IMG/VR virus record: IMGVR_UViG_3300012232_000187
Span: 1-46,296 of that record
Direction: 5' to 3' (one strand)
Length of the DNA stretch: 46,296 bases
Source of the DNA: a virus
Lineage: Duplodnaviria; Caudoviricetes
In this document: piece after piece, positions 9,892-17,063 of the stretch
Layout of the letters: each line of letters opens with the position of its first letter
How positions within the stretch are numbered: the stretch's first letter is position 1
Position numbers and translations under genes: made by a program
Notes under the pieces: model-generated
Database searches by the model: none
The model's input: only the letters and a program-made list of their open reading frames with translations
Told to the model about the DNA's origin: nothing

Positions 9892-10649
9892 AGTACCGCA
9901 GGCATCTGGTAATTCCGGACACCCAGACTAAACCTGGGGTTCCTGTAGACCATATTGCCGCTGCTGGACGCTACGCTGCAGAAAAGAGACCAGAGGTCAT
10001 CGTCTTCCTAGGCGACCATTGGGACATGCCGTCCCTGTCAGCGTGGGACTCAGCCGCGAAAAAGGCCGAGAACAAAGTCACCTATGAGGCTGACATTGAA
10101 TACGGGAGGAAAGCTCTTGACGGCTTCCTCCGTCCAATACGTGCGGTCAAAGGATACAAGCCGGAACTCCATTTCTGCATCGGCAATCACGAGTTTCGGA
10201 TCTGTCGGTATGTCGATGAAAACCCGATACTCCGCTCGACTCTCTCCCTCTCCGCCCTCGGGCTCGTAGACCGTGGCTTCAAGGTCCATGTATTTCTGCG
10301 ACCTGTCGTTATCGACGGTATAGCCTATGCGCACTATTTCAACGTCTCCTCCAATGGCCGTGTAATGAACTCCAAGCACGGACAGCCATCCGCCAGGGCT
10401 CAGGTCCAGAACGTCGGTATGACTGCTATAGCCGGTCATAAGCAGGGCCTTGACACGTACATCAAGGAATGCCCGGCAGGCAGAATGAGAGGGGTCATAG
10501 CCGGCTCCTTCTATCAGCACGACGAAGAGTATCTAGGCCCACAGGGGAACGCTCATTGGCAGGGGGCGCTATTCCTGCACGAAGCCCACAACGGCGATTT
10601 CGATCTCATGGAGTTGTCTTTAGGCTTCCTACTACGAAAGTACACGTAA
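9888..10649 (+). CDS. Calcineurin-like metallophosphoesterase (probable CTG start)
   Basis: Frame upstream of ATG 10026 encodes HLVIPDTQ and FLGDHWD (motifs I and II); then GNHE, YAH, GHKQ. Confidence 0.88.
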   Translation: MKYRRHLVIPDTQTKPGVPVDHIAAAGRYAAEKRPEVIVFLGDHWDMPSLSAWDSAAKKAENKVTYEADIEYGRKALDGFLRPIRAVKGYKPELHFCIGNHEFRICRYVDENPILRSTLSLSALGLVDRGFKVHVFLRPVVIDGIAYAHYFNVSSNGRVMNSKHGQPSARAQVQNVGMTAIAGHKQGLDTYIKECPAGRMRGVIAGSFYQHDEEYLGPQGNAHWQGALFLHEAHNGDFDLMELSLGFLLRKYT

Positions 10650-10853
10650 ATGATGCCCGATGAAGTAAGACCCATGCCCTCCCTAGAGGAGGCTATCGAG
10701 ATGTATAACGCTGAGGTGTTAAAACGTCAAAACGTCGAGACACACAACGAGCTTCTGCGGACGCTGTTGACAGAACTCAGAGAGGAGAACAAGGTCATGC
10801 GTGGGCAGCTTTGCCAGTGCCGACTGGATGCTGAGATAACTGAGCTGGCGTGA
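10650..10853 (+). CDS. Hypothetical coiled-coil protein
   Basis: Abuts upstream stop; heptad pattern. Confidence 0.6.
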   Translation: MMPDEVRPMPSLEEAIEMYNAEVLKRQNVETHNELLRTLLTELREENKVMRGQLCQCRLDAEITELA

Positions 10854-10969
10854 TGGACGCCTTCCTAGACAAATACTGTCCTTGGGGCGGCGTCTGTTGG
10901 CACATCTGCGGCCTTTCCGTCATAGCGGCCATCTGTGCCTTTTGCGCATTGCCGGTGTTCTTTGGATGA
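10853..10969 (+). CDS. 38-aa Cys-rich membrane peptide (MDAFLDKYCPWGGVCWHICGLSVIAAICAFCALPVFFG)
   Basis: Translated by hand; TGATG and ATGA coupling on both sides. Confidence 0.55.
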   Translation: MDAFLDKYCPWGGVCWHICGLSVIAAICAFCALPVFFG

Positions 10970-11193
10970 AGCCGAGACCCGTCATGGTCATCTGGGACGA
11001 TGCCAGCGTAAGCCTAAACGGCGGTACGTTAGGCCCCTTAAGAACCGTGACCATCGGGTATTTAGTGTCTAACAAGAAGTCCGGTCTCCAGATCGCTACG
11101 GACTGGATCGAGGGGGTAGGGTTTGGGGAGTGTCAGCATTTTGTGACCCGTCCGATGCTGGTGGACTGGTGGCATCTGGAGATTGAGCCCTAG
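10966..11193 (+). CDS. Small phage protein of the VxWxDA type
   Basis: MKPRPVMVIWDDA..TIGYLV; ATG 10966 coupled to the previous stop (the track start at 10882 is probably too long). Confidence 0.65.
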   Translation: MKPRPVMVIWDDASVSLNGGTLGPLRTVTIGYLVSNKKSGLQIATDWIEGVGFGECQHFVTRPMLVDWWHLEIEP

Positions 11194-11494
11194 CCGCTCG
11201 CTCAAAGCAGTAATACGCTGTCTGCAACAACACGCAGCTTAGCGCCGCTAACAGTTGGCCTATCGTCAAGAAGTGCAACATAGCGATATAAAGCAATGTG
11301 GTTCTGATCTGGACCATCCCACACTGCGGGCAGCGGTAGCGCGGTCCCATTAACTCAGCCGACAGTTCGCGGATGCGGGAGGCGGCTTGTCCTGCAATGC
11401 CAACCACGAAGCCCACGCCGGTTCGCTCCAGTTCTTCGCACAGCCTCTCGTCTTCAGGTGTCATGGCTCCCTCGCTCACCATCTTCGCGAACAT
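11096..11494 (-). CDS. Hypothetical protein, last gene of the leftward operon
   Basis: DERLCEELE..AASRIRELSAEL resembles the 12990-13304 product; CPQC motif; 3' end overlaps a convergent gene. Confidence 0.5.
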   Translation of the reverse strand: MFAKMVSEGAMTPEDERLCEELERTGVGFVVGIAGQAASRIRELSAELMGPRYRCPQCGMVQIRTTLLYIAMLHFLTIGQLLAALSCVLLQTAYYCFERAARAQSPDATSPPASDGSQNADTPQTLPPRSSP

Positions 11495-11497
11495 CCC

Positions 11498-12019
11498 TCA
11501 CCTCCTGTGTGCCAATAGCAGACCAAAAGCCGACATCAGAAGCCAGCCAGCAGCGGGCAGGGGAACGGGGGTGATGGTGTAGGTACCATCAGCGCCGATT
11601 CCGTAGCCAGCGTCATAGATAAAGTACAGCCTGCCTGGGTTGTCTGGAAACCATCCTGGTCCGCCCCAGCGGATCTCCCCACCGGGAACCCATGTGATGC
11701 AGCATAGGTAGTTCAAGTCCTCGTAGTAAGCTCCAATCTGCTCCTCGATGAAGAATCGGTCAGGATCGACAACACTTGAGTCCCAGGTCGGGTCGGTCCA
11801 ATAACGCTGCAGGTACTCGCCCATCGTGTGGGACAGCATCCCCGTTGGGGTTTCAATGTTGATCTCCAGGAGCGGTGAGACCCCCTCATAGCGATTCTGC
11901 TCAAGGACGGTGAACTCTCCGGTCCACACCTGAGGAGATGGGTAAGTGACATTCAGGGTCACGGTGTAGGTTGCTGCCTCGGCAGATGAAAAGAGCAGGC
12001 AAAGGATAAGTGTCCTCAT
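11498..12019 (-). CDS. Secreted VPLPA-CTERM (PEP-CTERM-class) exosortase substrate
   Basis: Signal peptide MRTLILCLLFSSAEA|AT; C-terminus TPVPLPAAGWLLMSAFGLLLAHRR (motif, TM helix, basic tail); RBS AGGAGG. Confidence 0.88.
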   Translation of the reverse strand: MRTLILCLLFSSAEAATYTVTLNVTYPSPQVWTGEFTVLEQNRYEGVSPLLEINIETPTGMLSHTMGEYLQRYWTDPTWDSSVVDPDRFFIEEQIGAYYEDLNYLCCITWVPGGEIRWGGPGWFPDNPGRLYFIYDAGYGIGADGTYTITPVPLPAAGWLLMSAFGLLLAHRR

Positions 12020-12037
12020 GGGACCTCCTGTTTATTT

Positions 12038-12319
12038 TTATGGCACTTCCGCGGGTAACGGCACCGTCAGCTCCACAAACGTCCCAGTCCCGCCCAACGC
12101 ACAGCCATAGGCCACAATCGCCCCACCGTTCGAACCTGCCCCCGCGATGTTCGCTGTGTTATTCACCGCAGGGAACTTCCACGGCTGCGCCAGCGTCATG
12201 CACTTGGAGAAGCCTGCAGGATCGCTTGCAAGAATCTCAGGGATGACGGGACGGTATATCTCCATCGTGCCGTCACCGCCCAGCACAAGAAAAGTTATAT
12301 ACCAGAGGCTAGGATTGAT
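12038..12319 (-). CDS. Hypothetical protein (start uncertain: ATC 12319 or GTG 12286)
   Basis: Open frame; AAGGAG lies 7 nt before an in-frame ATC; ends VPLPAEVP. Confidence 0.5.
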   Translation of the reverse strand: MNPSLWYITFLVLGGDGTMEIYRPVIPEILASDPAGFSKCMTLAQPWKFPAVNNTANIAGAGSNGGAIVAYGCALGGTGTFVELTVPLPAEVP

Positions 12320-12361
12320 GACCGTTCTCCTTGATCGGCTTCCTCTTACGGGGTTTTGGTT

Positions 12362-12781
12362 TCATGGCTTGCGGTACTCATGCGTCAAGCGTCTGGCTCC
12401 GCGAAGCCGGTCGGTCAGCAGGTCAATTTCCCCCAGCGAGTTATCGCTTTCATCGGTAAGGCTTGCCTGCTGCAAGTCGTAGCTGCGCCACGCCTCTATC
12501 ACCCTATCCGCCTCCGCCAATTTGGTGCGCAGGGCGTCGCGCTCGGCTTCCAGTGCGCTGATTTCTGAGGCGGCCCGTTGCAAGGCTCTGGTGAGAAATT
12601 CCGATAAGTCATCCTCCCCGGCATCCGGGGCAGGGGCGGCGAGCGTAGAGCGCAGTGTCTCGATTTTCTCCTGCCGATATGAGGTATAGAACGAGCCTTC
12701 GTATTGAAAGGCGTCCACCACATCCTGCGCGGCCTTGCGTAGCTCCAGCAGCGGTGCCTTCGATTCCGTTCTGTCGGTCAT
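12362..12781 (-). CDS. Hypothetical early protein, paralogue of 12990-13304
   Basis: LRKAAQDVVD..GSFY..LAAPAPDAGED shared; ATGA coupling. Confidence 0.7.
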   Translation of the reverse strand: MTDRTESKAPLLELRKAAQDVVDAFQYEGSFYTSYRQEKIETLRSTLAAPAPDAGEDDLSEFLTRALQRAASEISALEAERDALRTKLAEADRVIEAWRSYDLQQASLTDESDNSLGEIDLLTDRLRGARRLTHEYRKP

Positions 12782-13289
12782 GGTTTGGCCTCCGGGAAAA
12801 TGACAGCCCGCAATGCTTTGTAGTATTCCAGCCGTGCCCGCTCTTGCGCCATGTGCGAGTCGTGGTCGGCAACTACGCCTGACACGGACAGGACTCCGCG
12901 CAGTTGAGTAATGCAGTCCATCAGCGGCTGAGCGTCATCGTCCCGCATATCCTTTTCCAGCACGACGACAAGTGAATGGAATCGGTCTGTCACGTCTGCT
13001 TCCCCTCTCGGGCCTCGCGGGTGAGGGCTTGCGCCTTGTCACGTTCGCCAAGAGCATCCTCGTAAGCTGCTTGGTAGTAGGCGAGGTCCGCACTGATGGC
13101 GCGGATACGGGCTGCTGCACGATTCTGGCCGTATAGTTCAAGCGCCACGCACAGCGCCTCATCCTCCCCGGCATCCGGGGCAGGGGCGGCGAGGGCTTCG
13201 CGTAGCGCGTTCAATTTCTCGATGCGATAGGTGACGTAGAACGAGCCTTGATACTGCTCGCAGTCCACCACATCCTGCGCGGCCTTGCG
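12609..13289. repeat. 131-bp imperfect direct repeat (12609-12739 and 13159-13289) with identical 35-bp and 27-bp ends
   Basis: Direct comparison; constant 550-bp offset. Confidence 0.9.
12778..12993 (-). CDS. Hypothetical protein
   Basis: 4-nt overlaps with both neighbours; VVLEKDMRDDDAQ..RGVLSV. Confidence 0.7.
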   Translation of the reverse strand: MTDRFHSLVVVLEKDMRDDDAQPLMDCITQLRGVLSVSGVVADHDSHMAQERARLEYYKALRAVIFPEAKP

Positions 13290-13304
13290 GAGTGCGTCGG
13301 TCAT
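12990..13304 (-). CDS. Hypothetical early protein, paralogue of 12362-12781
   Basis: Shared N-terminal 45 aa; RBS GGAAGGGA. Confidence 0.7.
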   Translation of the reverse strand: MTDALRKAAQDVVDCEQYQGSFYVTYRIEKLNALREALAAPAPDAGEDEALCVALELYGQNRAAARIRAISADLAYYQAAYEDALGERDKAQALTREAREGKQT

Positions 13305-13325
13305 GATCCCTTCCTTCGGTTTGCG

Positions 13326-13934
13326 CTAAACAACATGTTTCCACCGAAGGTTATGGCGGATCTGCGAGACAGTTGACCGAGAAAGCCCATACTCGTCTGC
13401 AAGTTCACACCCACGGCGAGGATCGCTCCTGATTTTCCGGACATCTGACTCCGTCAGTTTGGCGCTGGCATTGCGCTCTCCCTTTGGCGGATTGCCTCGG
13501 CCCTTGCGGTCACGGTCCCTGCTGTTGTCTTGGTGTGTCCCCAAGAACAGGTGCGTAGGCTCAAAGCACAGTGGGTTATCGCAATGGTGGCATACGCAAA
13601 GCCCGTCAGGGATCTCCCCGAAATTCAGAACCCACGACAATCTATGGACCGTGTAGAACTTGTACTTCCACATGGTTTGTCCGTAGCCGCGGGCGCCGAC
13701 AGTGCCATTCCATTCCAAGCATCCGCTTGGCATGCGCCGGCCTCTAAAGGCCAGACGCTCCACTGGGTCAGTGCATCCCTTCCCAGACGTTAGTCCTGTA
13801 TGCCCATGCTGCTGCCACCGCTTATAGTGCTTGTGGCACATACCTCGGCCCGGTCCTGCGTTATTACTGCAGCCGTCAACAACGCAAATCTTCACATCAG
13901 CCCCTTTTTTCTTGCGGAGTTCACGGAGCGCCAA
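13326..13934 (-). CDS. HNH homing-type endonuclease (true start probably GTG near 13895)
   Basis: HRLSW..VCHHCDNPLCFEPTHLFLGTHQDNSRD; N-terminal C-C-C-H zinc motif; C-terminal AKLTESDV..HTH. Confidence 0.9.
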   Translation of the reverse strand: MALRELRKKKGADVKICVVDGCSNNAGPGRGMCHKHYKRWQQHGHTGLTSGKGCTDPVERLAFRGRRMPSGCLEWNGTVGARGYGQTMWKYKFYTVHRLSWVLNFGEIPDGLCVCHHCDNPLCFEPTHLFLGTHQDNSRDRDRKGRGNPPKGERNASAKLTESDVRKIRSDPRRGCELADEYGLSRSTVSQIRHNLRWKHVV

Positions 13935-14212
13935 ACCTCAACAATCAATATCTGCGTGTCGCGTCGGTTTGCAACAGTGTTGAACGCTTTGATTGCCTCA
14001 ACGTGGTCATCCTGGGCCCCCTGTACGGTTTCGTGGATCTCTGCTTCGGCTTGGCGTTCTGCGACGGTCCCTGCGGACATTTTGAAGACAGTGGCCTTCA
14101 TTCGTTTCAGTTTGTATTCCTGTCGCTCTACGCTGGCCTTCAGTTCGGCGGCTTCCTCGTCCGTCTCGGAGAGGTAGCTCAGGGCTGACTCTAGTTGGGC
14201 GTCGGTAATCAT
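13892..14212 (-). CDS. Helical recombination-associated protein (UvsY-like mediator, tentative)
   Basis: GTVAERQAEA..IVEVWRSVNS motif; adjacent to SSB and Sak genes. Confidence 0.5.
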   Translation of the reverse strand: MITDAQLESALSYLSETDEEAAELKASVERQEYKLKRMKATVFKMSAGTVAERQAEAEIHETVQGAQDDHVEAIKAFNTVANRRDTQILIVEVWRSVNSARKKGLM

Positions 14213-14215
14213 TGG

Positions 14216-14458
14216 CTAAAACGGGAGGCTATCGTCAAAGTCTTCCATCTGCTTCTCGACCGCAGGCTTCCTCGCGTCCTTCGCCTTCACTGACAGGCTC
14301 ATGTACTTGCCGTTCTTCCCTTCCTTCAGCCACGCAGCGAGGTCGTATTCCGTCCCCGCGACGTTGATTGAACCCTTGTAGTCGGGGTGGGCGTCCTTCT
14401 GCTTGAAGGAGTTCTTGAAGAGGTTGCCGGTGCCGGGTTTTTGAACATAGTCGCTCAT
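14216..14458 (-). CDS. Small single-stranded DNA-binding protein (DUF736-like OB fold)
   Basis: GNLFKN..HPDYKGSI..AAWLK..YMSLSV and acidic SSB tail DDSLPF. Confidence 0.8.
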   Translation of the reverse strand: MSDYVQKPGTGNLFKNSFKQKDAHPDYKGSINVAGTEYDLAAWLKEGKNGKYMSLSVKAKDARKPAVEKQMEDFDDSLPF

Positions 14459-15117
14459 GCTGCGTTTTTCCTTCGTGTGTTAGCCGCGTCAACGTACTTC
14501 TTGATCGCCGCCCGCTCTTTGGGCATTGACTTCATCCGGTCCCACACTGCCAGGAGGATCAGTTGATTCTCGCTGGCTTCTTGTCTCAGGGCGAACATCT
14601 TGTCGGCTTTGTCTTCTTCGGTGATGTCGGCGTTGAGTAGGTCGATGAACGAGTTGTAGAAGTGCGCTACGTCCAGCTCTTCCTGTGGGGTGAGAGTTAC
14701 GGGGTCGGGCATCGCACTGATCTTCTTCGCGGTGTCCGTCTCCGGAAGGTCCTCACCCGCGTAGATGTAGAGGCCCAATCCGAACAGGGCACAGCACTTG
14801 ACGAAGCACCGCATGATCGAGGTGTTCACGTCGAAGGACGTAGGCTCCATGATGGGTTTGTTGCGGTAGTCCAGAACGGGGAAGGTGTGCTGCCTCGTCT
14901 TTCCGCAGAACGTCACTTGTACTGAAACGAAAGCTCCAGCAGCAGTGTGCAGGTATGGCTGGCCGTAGTCGCCATACTGAATCGGATTCCAATCAAACTC
15001 AGGGTCTCGTTCCGCCATCATCTGATGGGCGAACGGCCACGAGAGGTAGGTGAAACCGTTCTTTTTCTCCGTGTGCTTTGAGCAATCAATCTTTGCCAGT
15101 TCGCTGAAGGTCACCAT
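14455..15117 (-). CDS. sak: Sak-type (Rad52-like, DUF1071) single-strand annealing recombinase
   Basis: EKKNGFTYLSW, PVLDYRNK, NTSIMRCFVKCCALFGLGLYIYAGEDLP signature. Confidence 0.9.
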   Translation of the reverse strand: MVTFSELAKIDCSKHTEKKNGFTYLSWPFAHQMMAERDPEFDWNPIQYGDYGQPYLHTAAGAFVSVQVTFCGKTRQHTFPVLDYRNKPIMEPTSFDVNTSIMRCFVKCCALFGLGLYIYAGEDLPETDTAKKISAMPDPVTLTPQEELDVAHFYNSFIDLLNADITEEDKADKMFALRQEASENQLILLAVWDRMKSMPKERAAIKKYVDAANTRRKNAA

Positions 15118-15241
15118 TTTCCTTCTCCTTGTAGAACTTCTTCATCCAGTCCTCGGTTCCCCACTTCTTCGGGTCGAAGCCGAGTTCCTCTGCGAGTCTG
15201 CGGTTTTCAAGCTCGCGCTGATGCCATTCTTCGTCGGTCAT
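15086..15241 (-). CDS. 51-aa charged hypothetical protein (MTDEEWHQRELE...)
   Basis: Translated by hand; ATGA-coupled; contains the RBS of sak. Confidence 0.6.
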   Translation of the reverse strand: MTDEEWHQRELENRRLAEELGFDPKKWGTEDWMKKFYKEKENGDLQRTGKD

Positions 15242-15303
15242 GACACCATCCCCAGATAGAACATGATCGAGAAACAGGCAGCGATGAGTAACCAGTTGAT
15301 CAT
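15238..15303 (-). CDS. 21-aa hydrophobic peptide MINWLLIAACFSIMFYLGMVS
   Basis: Exactly bridges neighbours with ATGA overlaps at both ends. Confidence 0.5.
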   Translation of the reverse strand: MINWLLIAACFSIMFYLGMVS

Positions 15304-15605
15304 GGTGATTCTCTGGTTTCCTGGTACATCAGGTCTTCAATGTCTGACTGCAGGTCCATGAGATCCTGGTCCCTTCTGGCGTCCTCTAGTGCCTCGTCAT
15401 ACTCTGCCTGACACGTAGGACACCTATCACTGCAGGGGTTCATCAGGGCCCCACAGTCACAGAGATGATCGTTGGAGTCGTCTGCCATCTGAGGGTCGTT
15501 GTCCACGTACCCATCCTGTCTATCGAGCATCCTGATTCCATTGGCTTCCATTTGAACCCTCGCCATTGCGGCAGCTATAGACATTAGTTCGTCGGTGAGG
15601 CTCAC
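15300..15605 (-). CDS. Hypothetical zinc-ribbon protein
   Basis: CDCG..C..CPTC; acidic. Confidence 0.65.
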   Translation of the reverse strand: MSLTDELMSIAAAMARVQMEANGIRMLDRQDGYVDNDPQMADDSNDHLCDCGALMNPCSDRCPTCQAEYDEALEDARRDQDLMDLQSDIEDLMYQETRESP

Positions 15606-15832
15606 GGTCCACCATCCAGTATTGAGTAGATGCGCATCCAGTCGTTAGGAACGGGACCATAGTCAGAGTCGTTCACGTCGAACTTGTCCTCTGCGAAGTC
15701 CATCGCCTCTGCTGCGCGCTGTTCCAGTAAGGCGACTCTCCGACGCAGAGCGTCTAACTCTCGAGCGAGGTCAGCCTCAACGACGTAGTGCGTGAGCTGC
15801 TTTGCATGGGGGTGGTTTACGGTCGCGTTCAT
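15602..15832 (-). CDS. Hypothetical protein, paralogue of 15829-16236
   Basis: NHPHxKxLxHY..E...ARExDALR shared. Confidence 0.7.
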   Translation of the reverse strand: MNATVNHPHAKQLTHYVVEADLARELDALRRRVALLEQRAAEAMDFAEDKFDVNDSDYGPVPNDWMRIYSILDGGP

Positions 15833-16236
15833 GCCGCACCTACCTTGGCAAGGGCTGCGCGGGCGTTTAACGCGGCTTTGGCATTTTCGAACGCTTCACT
15901 TTCGTAAGTGTCGAATCTGTCTGCCGTGCCTGACTCACCAAGCGCGTTCACGAGTTCCCGCAATGCGCGGGCGCAAGCTGCGAGCGTGGGATTCTCAAGC
16001 GCGTCGTCGCGGACTATCCGCAGCGCCGCAGCCAGTTCGTCGCGCTGGGCTGCGAGCCGGCTGATGGTCTCGCCATTCTTTTGCGCGACCTCGGTATTCA
16101 GGGCTGACTGTGCGTCGGCGTGTTTGGTGAGCGCATTAACCTGGGCGCGGAGTGCGTCGATCTCTCGAGCGACGGCACCCTCGGCCGTGTAATGCTCAAG
16201 TGGCTTGGAGTGCGGGTGGTTAATGCTTGCTTCCAT
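15829..16236 (-). CDS. Hypothetical coiled-coil protein
   Basis: RBS AAGGGG; ends ARAALAKV as many phage early proteins do. Confidence 0.7.
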   Translation of the reverse strand: MEASINHPHSKPLEHYTAEGAVAREIDALRAQVNALTKHADAQSALNTEVAQKNGETISRLAAQRDELAAALRIVRDDALENPTLAACARALRELVNALGESGTADRFDTYESEAFENAKAALNARAALAKVGAA

Positions 16237-16345
16237 CTAAATCCCCTTTTTCACAGTTTCCGTGGAGAACCATCAGTATTGCAATCGCAAACCCTAGGAC
16301 AAACCCGAAGAAAACACCGAGTAGCCAAAGGATCAGGAAGTCCAT
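16220..16345 (-). CDS. 41-aa single-TM protein, first (leaderless) gene of the leftward operon
   Basis: MDFLILWLLGVFFGFVLGFAIAILMVLHGNCEKGDLDGSKH; ATG is 6 nt after the -10 box. Confidence 0.6.
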   Translation of the reverse strand: MDFLILWLLGVFFGFVLGFAIAILMVLHGNCEKGDLDGSKH

Positions 16346-16351
16346 GTGCCT

Positions 16352-16379
16352 ACTATAAAGCATTGCTTGTGGCTGTCAA
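16352..16379 (-). promoter_or_regulatory. Leftward sigma70 promoter (pL-like)
   Basis: TTGACA (16379-16374), 16 nt, TATAGT (16357-16352). Confidence 0.75.
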
Positions 16380-16393
16380 GCGGTAATTTAGAC

Positions 16394-16422
16394 TTGACAA
16401 CCAACAAGGGTTCCTTTATGGT
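16394..16422 (+). promoter_or_regulatory. Rightward sigma70 promoter (pR-like)
   Basis: TTGACA (16394-16399), 17 nt, TATGGT (16417-16422). Confidence 0.8.
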
Positions 16423-16429
16423 GGCAGCC

Positions 16430-16633
16430 ATGAGTGTATTGAATGAAGTTCTCAAAGAGGTGCCCCAAGGCGAACTTGCCCGGAGACTCGGTATAACGTC
16501 GCAGGCGATCACCGGGTGGGTAAGGGCGGGCAGGGTACCGGTTCAGCGAGTTCTGGCCGTAGAGGCCATTACAGGCGTCTCTAGACACAAGCTACGTCCT
16601 GATGTATACCCCGAGGAGACTCGGGCTCACTAG
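16430..16633 (+). CDS. cro: Cro-like (YdaS-type) HTH repressor
   Basis: QGELARRLGITSQAITGW..VP..RVLAVE..TGVSRHKLRPDVY; first gene after the rightward promoter. Confidence 0.88.
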   Translation: MSVLNEVLKEVPQGELARRLGITSQAITGWVRAGRVPVQRVLAVEAITGVSRHKLRPDVYPEETRAH

Positions 16634-16650
16634 CAGAGGGGTGGGGTGGG

Positions 16651-16935
16651 ATGAAATCTCGTAAGAATCCGCTTCCAGCGGAGCGACCCGCGCAACCTGA
16701 TTCTGTTGCGCTGCCTCAAATCTCCTATTTCGATGTCCTGTTAGGCCGGTACACCCGCTATCAGGATGACATCGAGGCCGACGGCGCTGGCCCCTTGTCG
16801 GTTATGGAATACCGCAACCGGGTCAATATGGCCAATTGGCAGAACAAGTTTCGCGAAGTGCGTTCAAGGGCTCCCACTGTCGTATCACCTTCCTCCCCTG
16901 GTGTGATCCGATGGCTGGGAGCCCGCTTTTCTTGA
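16651..16935 (+). CDS. Hypothetical protein in the cII position
   Basis: G-rich RBS; follows cro; no recognisable motif. Confidence 0.5.
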   Translation: MKSRKNPLPAERPAQPDSVALPQISYFDVLLGRYTRYQDDIEADGAGPLSVMEYRNRVNMANWQNKFREVRSRAPTVVSPSSPGVIRWLGARFS

Positions 16936-16944
16936 ACCCCATAA

Positions 16945-17028
16945 CGACAAAACCCTCCGAGACAGTCGTCTTAGGGAGGGTCTTGCGGCGACACAGTTGC
17001 TGTGCCACAATGCAGTTGTTGACGCTGC
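16945..17028 (-). ncRNA. Putative ~80-nt OOP-like antisense RNA
   Basis: Own promoter (17063-17035) and terminal hairpin followed by UUUUGU. Confidence 0.55.
16947..16984 (-). terminator. Intrinsic terminator hairpin ACCCTCC..GGAGGGT
   Basis: Inverted repeat 16952-16981 with U-tract on the - strand. Confidence 0.65.
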
Positions 17029-17034
17029 AGGGTT

Positions 17035-17063
17035 ATTCTACCCGATTCAATTTCACCCTGCAA
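17035..17063 (-). promoter_or_regulatory. Antisense sigma70 promoter (pO-like)
   Basis: TTGCAG, 17 nt, TAGAAT on the - strand. Confidence 0.65.

Noticed and set aside
12609-13289. Diversity-generating retroelement TR/VR pair
   Set aside because: Mismatches are not adenine-specific and no reverse transcriptase is present
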